Source: Zymomonas mobilis subsp. mobilis ATCC 10988 (GTDB taxonomy: Bacteria > Pseudomonadota > Alphaproteobacteria > Sphingomonadales > Sphingomonadaceae). Taken from it: 32,000 nucleotides of DNA. The notes beneath the pieces were generated by a model. That model did not search any database and had not been told where the DNA came from. It was given only the letters and a program-made list of their open reading frames with translations. The stretch covers positions 1,320,001 to 1,352,000 of the forward strand of contig NC_017262.1 in the NCBI RefSeq assembly GCF_000175255.2, given 5' to 3'. Positions within the stretch are counted from its first letter, which is position 1, and each line of letters starts with the position of its first letter. This document shows, piece by piece, positions 1-6,963 of the stretch. The position numbers and the translations under genes were made by a program.

Positions 1-36
1 CTTCTTCTGTGACGGCTTCTGCTTCAACTGATTCTA

Positions 37-348
37 ATGAGTGAGCTGGCTGAATTAAAAAACGCGATCATTGCCTTGGTGCAAGCCCTTGACGGGCGGA
101 GCGTCGATGACATCGAAGCTGCCTGCGCGGAGGTTTCTGCCGCAGTCAAAAAAGTTAAAGAGCAAGATGCGTGGCATACCACGGATTCTTTGCGTGAATC
201 TTTGCAGACAGCCATGAAGCAGGCCGAAGCAGGCCGGCAGCGTAGTCTTTACAGTGCCGATATGATGCAAAAGCTGTTAAGTCAGATGGCTATTTATGGC
301 TTAACAGATGCGCCTTTGGCTTATCGTCGCACAGGCAAATTTTCATAA
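37..348 (+). CDS. hypothetical 103-aa protein with no recognisable family; a flagellar accessory role is suggested by position only
   Basis: ATG ORF from the track. Its ATG (37) overlaps a frame that is open from the 5' edge and stops at TGA 42-44 (ATGAGTGA junction), which suggests coupling to a gene outside the window. The sequence is Ala- and charge-rich and looks helical. No catalytic or binding motif seen. Confidence 0.45.
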   Translation: MSELAELKNAIIALVQALDGRSVDDIEAACAEVSAAVKKVKEQDAWHTTDSLRESLQTAMKQAEAGRQRSLYSADMMQKLLSQMAIYGLTDAPLAYRRTGKFS

Positions 349-394
349 TTTTCTGACAGCCCTAGTTATTTTCCTTACCCAACTGTCAACTTTG

Positions 395-420
395 CCGTCA
401 CTTTACCGCGAAAGTGACGG
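395..420 (+). promoter_or_regulatory. perfect 10-bp inverted repeat CCGTCACTTT-accgcg-AAAGTGACGG; either the terminator hairpin of the upstream ORF or an activator-binding palindrome
   Basis: Read directly: 395-404 is the exact reverse complement of 411-420. It lies 47 nt after the stop of ORF 37..348. The trailing sequence ATTTCCCC is a poor U-tract. A related direct half-site GTCAACTTT lies at 385-393. Confidence 0.4.
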
Positions 421-645
421 ATTTCCCCGCTAGCTTCCCGATATTATTTTTACTCCGAAATGGACGGCCAATAAAGTCTCCTCAGCGCATTTTTGTCCCA
501 AAATGCAATGTAATGAGGATTTTGGTATATAAAAATATCCTTTTTTATATAAAAATTTCACTAATAAATGTAGAGAGCATAAAAAAGAACGTTTTATTTT
601 TCTAAATATTATGTTGTTTTTTTGTTTAAAAATCTTAACAAATTA

Positions 646-661
646 TGGCACAAAAATTGCT
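646..661 (+). promoter_or_regulatory. sigma-54 (RpoN) -24/-12 promoter for flhA
   Basis: TGGCAC-aaaaa-TTGCT matches the TGGCAC-N5-TTGC consensus exactly. It is ~100 nt upstream of the flhA ATG (762) and sits in an AT-rich gap containing two direct ATATAAAAAT copies. Confidence 0.8.
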
Positions 662-761
662 TACCTTCAGAGATAAATCTAAAAAATGTCGTAAATTTGG
701 CAGGAGCGGGGATGACCGGCAAAGGCAAAATTAGTCGTCTTTTGAAAAAGGAAAGTATTTA

Positions 762-2885
762 ATGGCTACCGCAGCGGTCAGAAAAACGATCTGGCTTGCC
801 GCTGGACGCACGGCTATCTTGCCTGTGGCTATTTTGGTTCTGGTGGGATTAATGGTTGTGCCGGTGCCAACAGCGGTGTTGGATATCGGCTTTATTTCCA
901 ATATCACGATTTCGCTGGCGGTCTTGATGGTGTCGTTGAATGCTGCCAAACCATTAGACTTTTCTTCTTTCCCGACCGTTTTGCTTTTTGCCACACTGTT
1001 ACGACTGTCGCTTAACGTAGCCTCAACCCGCGTTGTTTTGGTAAATGGTCATACTGGCGCAAATGCGGCAGGCATGGTGATTGAATCCTTCGGTCATTTT
1101 TTGATCGGGGAACATTATGTTGTCGGGATTTTCATCTTTGCCATTTTGATGATTATCAACTTGGTCGTTGTGACCAAGGGGGCAGGGCGCGTTTCAGAAG
1201 TCTCTGCCCGTTTTACCTTGGACGCAATGCCGGGTAAACAGATGGCGATTGATGCCGATTTAAATGCTGGTTTAATTACACCTGAAGAAGCCAAAAACAG
1301 AAGACAGGAAGTCGCGACCGAGGCTGGTTTCTATGGCTCAATGGATGGTGCTTCTAAATTTGTGAAGGGGGACGCTGTCGCGGGCGTTCTTATTCTTTTG
1401 GTCAATATTATTGGCGGCCTTATCTTAGGCGTTTTTAGCTATAATATGACCCTTAGCGATGCGGCATCAAATTATGTCCAGCTGGCTATCGGTGATGCTT
1501 TGGTCGCACAGATACCATCTTTTCTGTTGTCTTTTGCAACAGCCTCGATTGTTACCCGCGTTACATCCAGCTTTGACTTGACCGGCCAGATTGTTAGTCA
1601 GTTTAACTCTGCCCGAGCATGGACACCTGTTGCGGTTATTCTGGGTTTTTTAGGCATTGTTCCGGGCATGCCGCATTTTGTTATTTTACCTGCTGCGGGT
1701 CTTTCCGGCTGGACGGCGTGGAAATTGCACAAATCTGCCCAAGCCGAAGCCGCCAAAAAAGAAGCACCGCCGCCTGTCGTGGTGCCAGATACGCCACCGC
1801 CTGTTTCGTGGAATGATGTTTCTGATGGGGCGGTTTTGTCTTTAGAAATTGGCTATGGTCTTATTCCATTGGTGGATGACCGTAAAAAAGCGCCTCTTAT
1901 GGCGCGTGTTACCGGTATTAGACGGCAATTATCCCGCGATTTAGGCTTTGTTATCCCCTTGGTGCGTGTGCGTGATAACCTCTCACTAGGGGCAAACAGC
2001 TATCGGATTAGCGTTTCCGGTGTGGTGACTGGCGAAGATGAAGTCTGGCCAGATCAACTTATGGCGCTCAATAATGGTGATGCGGATGGCACATTAGTAG
2101 GCCGCGTTTCAAAAGATCCTACTTTTGGTCTGAATGCGGTCTGGATTCCTGAAAATCGCCGTTCTGATGCTATTGTAGCGGGTTATACAGTGGTTGATGC
2201 AGCAACAGTTATTGCAACCCATCTTAATCAGTCTATTATCAATAACGCCGCTGATCTTTTTGGCATGGATGATGCCCAAAAATTACTTGATATGTTGAAA
2301 GAAACCGCTCCCCAGCTTGTATCTGCCGTGACGCCTCAACCGTTATCTTTGGCAGTGATTACGCTGATTTGCCGCTCTCTGTTATGGGAAGGTGTTTCTC
2401 TTCACGAATTCCGGCGTATTGTTGAAGCGATGGTTGATGCTGTCCGAGAGGAAACGGAACCGAATGCCCTGTTGGAAGCGATCAGAATACGTATTGGTGG
2501 TATCATCGTTCAGTCGATCGTTCCTGTAAAAATGCCTTTGCCAGTGGTTACTTTTGAACCCAAGTTAGAGGCGTTGCTTTCTCAAGGCGTGCGTTCAGGC
2601 CCCCAAGCCGCTCATCCTTTTGAACCCGCCTTGGCAAACAGGATTGTGACCGCACTTGAATCGGCAGCCCAGCCGCTTTTGTCGAATGGGCAGCGTTTTG
2701 CAATTGTGACCTCGCCGGTTATCCGGCGACCTTTGGCACGTTTGCTTAAACCGCATTTTTCTGAAATTTCTGTGCTGTCTTTTCTTGAAATCCCAGATGG
2801 AAAGCCGGTAGAGGTCGTTGCCGTGGTTGGGGATGGCCAATCATCACATTCGATACCAGCAAATAATGCGGAGGCGGTGTCCTAA
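762..2885 (+). CDS. flhA: flagellar type III export gate protein FlhA (707 aa)
   Basis: N-terminal polytopic membrane region followed by a cytoplasmic domain. Carries the highly conserved FHIPEP-type stretch VVTKGAGRVSEVSARFTLDAMPGKQMAIDADLNAG...FYGSMDGASKFVKGDAVAG. SD-like AAGGAAAG lies 8 nt before the ATG. Confidence 0.97.
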   Translation: MATAAVRKTIWLAAGRTAILPVAILVLVGLMVVPVPTAVLDIGFISNITISLAVLMVSLNAAKPLDFSSFPTVLLFATLLRLSLNVASTRVVLVNGHTGANAAGMVIESFGHFLIGEHYVVGIFIFAILMIINLVVVTKGAGRVSEVSARFTLDAMPGKQMAIDADLNAGLITPEEAKNRRQEVATEAGFYGSMDGASKFVKGDAVAGVLILLVNIIGGLILGVFSYNMTLSDAASNYVQLAIGDALVAQIPSFLLSFATASIVTRVTSSFDLTGQIVSQFNSARAWTPVAVILGFLGIVPGMPHFVILPAAGLSGWTAWKLHKSAQAEAAKKEAPPPVVVPDTPPPVSWNDVSDGAVLSLEIGYGLIPLVDDRKKAPLMARVTGIRRQLSRDLGFVIPLVRVRDNLSLGANSYRISVSGVVTGEDEVWPDQLMALNNGDADGTLVGRVSKDPTFGLNAVWIPENRRSDAIVAGYTVVDAATVIATHLNQSIINNAADLFGMDDAQKLLDMLKETAPQLVSAVTPQPLSLAVITLICRSLLWEGVSLHEFRRIVEAMVDAVREETEPNALLEAIRIRIGGIIVQSIVPVKMPLPVVTFEPKLEALLSQGVRSGPQAAHPFEPALANRIVTALESAAQPLLSNGQRFAIVTSPVIRRPLARLLKPHFSEISVLSFLEIPDGKPVEVVAVVGDGQSSHSIPANNAEAVS

Positions 2886-3707
2886 ATGTCCTTAAAAGTG
2901 ACACGCAACCTTCAAGTCATCGCTGTTGCCAGTGGCAAGGGCGGTGTTGGCAAAACCAATGTGATTGCCAATCTGACGGCAGCGCTTTCTAAAATAAAGC
3001 AGCGCACTCTGTTACTGGATTGTGATCTGGGCATGGCTGATGCCGGTATTGTGCTAGGCATGAATTCTGATCGAACGATTGAAGATATTCTAACCGGCAG
3101 GCGGCAATATGAAGATGTCGTGCAACAAGGGGTCTTTGGACTGAATTTGGTGCCGGGGGTCAATGGCGCTGGGCGTATCATGGAAATGGACGCGGTTGCC
3201 AAACGCCGATTGGTTGATAGTTTGCGCCCTTGGACAAAGTCTTTTGACTATATTCTGCTAGATAATCCTAGCGGCGCTTCCTCCAGTTCGCTTTCTTTGA
3301 TGGCTTCTGCCGATCAGGTGATTTTGGTTCTGTCTTCTGAACCGACATCTTTTATGGATGGCTATGCCCTTATCAAGCTGTTGGCGCTTGAATATAAGGT
3401 GAAAGAGATTCTGGTCGTCACCAATATGGTCGAGGATGAAACCGATGGGCGCGATCTATTTCGGCGTTTTTCGGATGTTTCCGCCCGTTTTCTTGGCATA
3501 AAACTGCATCATTTGGGTTCAGTGCCTCGGGATTCTCATATTCGTGAAGCGGTATTAAGAAAACGCTGCTGTCTGGATTTATTCCCCAGATCACGGGCAT
3601 CAGAAGCCTTTGAACGCTTAGCGCATCGGCTTAATGACTATAGCTTGCTCAAGAAAACAAAGCGTAGCAATTTCTTTTCCAGCTTGGAGATGGTGAGTGC
3701 ATCTTAA
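2886..3707 (+). CDS. flhG: MinD/ParA-family flagellar number/placement ATPase FlhG (FleN/YlxH)
   Basis: Deviant Walker A VASGKGGVGKTN near the N-terminus and an LLLDCDLGMA switch region, giving a MinD-like layout. C-terminal SNFFSSLEMV looks like an amphipathic membrane-targeting tail. The ATG directly abuts the flhA stop (TAAATG). Confidence 0.85.
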   Translation: MSLKVTRNLQVIAVASGKGGVGKTNVIANLTAALSKIKQRTLLLDCDLGMADAGIVLGMNSDRTIEDILTGRRQYEDVVQQGVFGLNLVPGVNGAGRIMEMDAVAKRRLVDSLRPWTKSFDYILLDNPSGASSSSLSLMASADQVILVLSSEPTSFMDGYALIKLLALEYKVKEILVVTNMVEDETDGRDLFRRFSDVSARFLGIKLHHLGSVPRDSHIREAVLRKRCCLDLFPRSRASEAFERLAHRLNDYSLLKKTKRSNFFSSLEMVSAS

Positions 3708-4440
3708 TGATTTTGACGCTTCCGATCCCTCGCCAGATATCTACAGCCGCAACCCGTCAAAAAAGAATGTCGAAGCGTTAATCAAAACCCATCTTCAACT
3801 GGTTCGGAAAATTGCATGGCATGTACATGGCCGTGTTTCTTCTGCGATTGAAGTGGAAGACTTGATACAAATTGGCATGGTTGCTTTGATAGAGGCGGCC
3901 AATGCCTTTGAAAATCGGGGTTTTGCCTTTGCAACCTACGCCTCGATGCGGATAAGGGGCGCGATGATTGACTATATGCGTCAACATGCGGCCACGGCCC
4001 GTTCCAGTATTGTTCGCCAAAAAACCTTGAACAAAGCGCGTGAAGAGTTATCTGCGACGCTTGGTCGTCGTCCCGAAGAGGCTGAAATAGCTGAAAAGCT
4101 GAATATGTCTCCCAGCGAATATCGCGAATGGGCGGATGGGGCGATCAATATTCGGCAAGAATCTTTAGACGACGTTTATTCCGATCATTCCAGCATATTC
4201 ACCGACGATAATGCCGATCAAGCAAGCGAGATGGAACGCGAGGCGTTGCAATCGGCTTTGGCTGAACAGATCAAAACTCTACCAGAGCGGGAGGCCTTGG
4301 TTTTACAGCTTTATTATGTCGAAGAATTAAACCTGAAAGAAATCGGGGAAGTGCTTGATCTAGGCACAGCCAGAATTAGCCAAATCAAAAAATCGGCAGT
4401 CGATCATTTGCGCCCAAAAATGACAGATTGGCAGCATTAA
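3697..4440 (+). CDS. fliA: flagellar sigma factor FliA (sigma-28)
   Basis: Sigma-70 region 2 (DLIQIGMVALIEAANAFENRGFAFATYASMRIRGAMIDYMR) and a region 4 HTH (LNLKEIGEVLDLGTARISQIKKSA). The size (247 aa) fits the group 3 sigma factors. GTG start at 3697 overlaps the flhG end by 11 nt. Confidence 0.93.
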   Translation: MHLNDFDASDPSPDIYSRNPSKKNVEALIKTHLQLVRKIAWHVHGRVSSAIEVEDLIQIGMVALIEAANAFENRGFAFATYASMRIRGAMIDYMRQHAATARSSIVRQKTLNKAREELSATLGRRPEEAEIAEKLNMSPSEYREWADGAINIRQESLDDVYSDHSSIFTDDNADQASEMEREALQSALAEQIKTLPEREALVLQLYYVEELNLKEIGEVLDLGTARISQIKKSAVDHLRPKMTDWQH

Positions 4441-4570
4441 AAAGATAATAAAAATATAAATTCAATAAAAATAAGTAGAATTGATCCAATATTAAAAAAG
4501 CTATTATCTATCAAAAGATTTATTTTTTCTTAATGCAAGGCAAACTACGGCCTTTTAGGGGAACTTTAAT

Positions 4571-5266
4571 ATGGAACAGGGCGAAAATATAAATATCACT
4601 AATCCAAAGGTTGCAATCGCGGTTATTGCACCAGGTGACATGATCTTGGTTGAATTCTCAATCAGTGCGATGGGCATGATTCAACATGCCAAAGATTTGG
4701 ATACCAATATAATTTGTGGTCGTTCCTCGGTATTGGCTGGTGCCAAAAATATAGCCGTTAAAGATGCGCTTAATTGGGGTGCTGATTATATTCTTTTATT
4801 ATCCGGCGATATCACTTTCCCTAATAATGCTCTGCACCATCTTTTGGCACAGAAAAAAGACATTATTGGTGCAACCTACCCAAAACCTATTGCTCCCTAT
4901 AATTTATTGGGTATCGCCGATGATAATCAAGATCAGGCAGAATTAGAAAAAGGCCTGTTGAAAATGCGCTATATGCCGGGCGGTTTCTTATTAGTAAAAA
5001 TGGATGTTTTCAAAAAACTCGATCCTAATCTACCGCATTTTTATTATGATGTTTTCCAAGATGACGTGATGGGCGACGACTTTGTTTTTTGTGATCGCGT
5101 CCGTGAATTGGGCTATGATATCTGGTGCGATACTAATTTGTCAGCCGAAATAGGCCGCATTGGTCAACGGGTCTATCATATGCCAGAAATTGAAGAACGT
5201 CGCTTATTGATGGAGCGGGAATTATTGGAAAAAGAGAAAGAAAAATTACTGCCGCCTTCTGCCTAA
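4571..5266 (+). CDS. GT-A-fold-like glycosyltransferase, paralogue 1 (231 aa); candidate flagellar glycosyltransferase with a partly degenerate DxD (SGD) and a charged coiled-coil tail
   Basis: Clear paralogy with the next ORF: ADYILLLSGD vs ADYLFFLDSD; KDIIGATY vs KDIIGVNY; GGFLLVKMDVF vs GCLLIRMSVF; GDDFVFC vs GEDYVFS; GYDIWCD vs GYKLWFD; IGRIGQ vs VKHIGQ. No signal peptide or TM segment. The family call is by motif pattern only. Confidence 0.6.
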   Translation: MEQGENINITNPKVAIAVIAPGDMILVEFSISAMGMIQHAKDLDTNIICGRSSVLAGAKNIAVKDALNWGADYILLLSGDITFPNNALHHLLAQKKDIIGATYPKPIAPYNLLGIADDNQDQAELEKGLLKMRYMPGGFLLVKMDVFKKLDPNLPHFYYDVFQDDVMGDDFVFCDRVRELGYDIWCDTNLSAEIGRIGQRVYHMPEIEERRLLMERELLEKEKEKLLPPSA

Positions 5267-5322
5267 TTTTTTAGGCTACTTGGCCAGATTTCTTTTTTCC
5301 GCTTTGCTGCAAGGATTGTCTG

Positions 5323-5949
5323 ATGACAGCCAACAAGCCCGATCTGCCTATAAAAATTGCCATTTGTTTTCCATCAGGGCCTATGGTGCATGTCGATTTT
5401 ATGATTTCGACCGCTATCATGATGCAACATACCCCTGATGTTGAATTCATCCTGATTAACAATAAATCGCCGAATATCGCTGTTTCCCGTAATGCCTGCG
5501 TGGCTATGGCACAGGAAGCAAAAGCCGATTATCTCTTCTTTCTCGACAGTGATATGGATATCCCCCCCGATACCATCACAAGATTATTATCTCATGACAA
5601 AGATATTATCGGGGTTAACTATCGTAAAAGAACTGAAAACATTTTATTTTCGGGAGTTGAAAGTGTTAACAAATTTGAAGATTTAACAGATCATGGATTA
5701 TTACCAGCACTATTTATTCCAACAGGCTGTTTACTGATTAGAATGTCGGTTTTTGACCATCTGTTTCGCCCTTATTTTTTATTCGCGCTGCGTGACTTTG
5801 AGGATAACGAGGAAAAGGCTATCTTCGGAGAAGATTATGTTTTTAGCGTCAAGGCGATGGCTGCTGGATATAAATTATGGTTTGATATGGATGTTACTCA
5901 GAAAGTAAAACATATCGGCCAATTACCTTATACACTTGGCTCTGACTGA
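5323..5949 (+). CDS. GT-A-fold-like glycosyltransferase, paralogue 2 (208 aa) with an intact DxD (FLDSDMD)
   Basis: Same motif set as paralogue 1, with a canonical acidic DSD after a hydrophobic strand and a later GEDYVF acidic motif. The sequence is very AT-rich. The gene lies tail-to-tail with flagellin and shares a terminator with it. Confidence 0.6.
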   Translation: MTANKPDLPIKIAICFPSGPMVHVDFMISTAIMMQHTPDVEFILINNKSPNIAVSRNACVAMAQEAKADYLFFLDSDMDIPPDTITRLLSHDKDIIGVNYRKRTENILFSGVESVNKFEDLTDHGLLPALFIPTGCLLIRMSVFDHLFRPYFLFALRDFEDNEEKAIFGEDYVFSVKAMAAGYKLWFDMDVTQKVKHIGQLPYTLGSD

Positions 5950-5975
5950 ATTTTTCAAAATTTATATAATATATT

Positions 5976-6012
5976 AAAAAAGCCGCCCGAAATTCGGGCG
6001 GCTTCTTTTTTG
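5976..6012. terminator. bidirectional rho-independent terminator shared by the second GT gene (+) and flagellin (-)
   Basis: AAAAA-AGCCGCCCGA-aat-TCGGGCGGCT-TCTTTTTT: a 10-bp GC-rich perfect stem (5981-5990 pairs with 5994-6003) flanked by an A-run upstream and a T-run downstream. Confidence 0.9.
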
Positions 6013-6039
6013 TTCTTTTGAAACTGTTTAAAGTAACAA

Positions 6040-6963
6040 TTACTTCAACAGGGACAGAACATTCTGCTGAGACTGGTTAGCCTGTGCCAGCATAGCGGTG
6101 GAAGCCTGGCTCAGGATCTGAGAACGGGCCAGATTGGTCGTTTCAGAAGAGTAATCGGTATCTTCGATACGGCTACGAGCATCAGACAAGTTCGTAACAT
6201 TGGTGGTCAGGTTGTTGACGACCGAGTTCAGGCGGCTTTCGGAAGCACCAAGACCTGCACGGATTTTGTTAACTGAAGTCAAGGCCTTGCTAATCGTGTC
6301 AAGTGCTGCAAGAGCACCAGTTGAAGTCGAAACAGTCAAACCAGGTTTTTGGCCGCCGCTGGGGGGGGTGCCGGTGCCGGGGACGCCGCTGTTCATGACT
6401 ATTGACAAATCAGTAAGCGCACTGATCGTAATAGTTACCTGATCGGTTGACGTAGCATTGGTTGCACCAGTCTGAATTTTAAAGCTTGTAGCAGGTTTAG
6501 ATGCAACTGCTGTAGTAGTACCGTCGCTACCCACTGTAACTACAGCGCTGGCAAAGAGAGCCGAACCATTAAATTTTGTGCCCGTGACAACCTGTTTGAT
6601 CTGACCCTGAAGCTGCTTAACTTCAATGTCCATATCAGTGCGATCAGTGTCCCGATAGGTGCCGTTGGCAGACTGAACGGCCAGCTGGTTGATACGCTGC
6701 ACCATGTTGGTGATTTCACCCAAAGCACCGTCAGCGGTCTGAGCCAAAGAAATACCATCATTGGAGTTCTTGATAGCCTGATTCATACCATTGATCTGGG
6801 CGGTCATGGAGCTTGAAATAGCAAGACCAGCAGCGTTATCGGAAGCACTGTTGATGCTCTTACCGCTGGACAAACGCGTCATGGAGGTGTTCAGGTTGTT
6901 GTCAGCTAAACGGGAAGCATTCTGGGCGCGAAGAGCACTGGTGTTGGTATTAATAACGGTCAC
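6040..6963 (-). CDS. fliC: flagellin (short form with a small variable domain)
   Basis: Conserved flagellin N-terminus (T)[49 protein letters not shown] and C-terminus [50 protein letters not shown] place the start at GTG 6961-6963 (giving MTVINTN...) because GAGAAGGAAT lies ~8 nt upstream. The track's TTG at 6981 would sit on that SD sequence. Confidence 0.95.
   Translation of the reverse strand: MTVINTNTSALRAQNASRLADNNLNTSMTRLSSGKSINSASDNAAGLAISSSMTAQINGMNQAIKNSNDGISLAQTADGALGEITNMVQRINQLAVQSANGTYRDTDRTDMDIEVKQLQGQIKQVVTGTKFNGSALFASAVVTVGSDGTTTAVASKPATSFKIQTGATNATSTDQVTITISALTDLSIVMNSGVPGTGTPPSGGQKPGLTVSTSTGALAALDTISKALTSVNKIRAGLGASESRLNSVVNNLTTNVTNLSDARSRIEDTDYSSETTNLARSQILSQASTAMLAQANQSQQNVLSLLK

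Noticed and set aside
3-44. Frame open from the 5' edge ending at TGA 42-44
   Set aside because: Only 13 codons are visible, too short to call a gene. It is used only as context for ORF 37..348.
414-605. 63-aa ORF in the gap upstream of flhA
   Set aside because: It lies in very AT-rich promoter DNA, starts inside the 395-420 palindrome, has no SD, and its Ile/Phe/Lys/Asn-rich translation is typical of AT-rich non-coding sequence.
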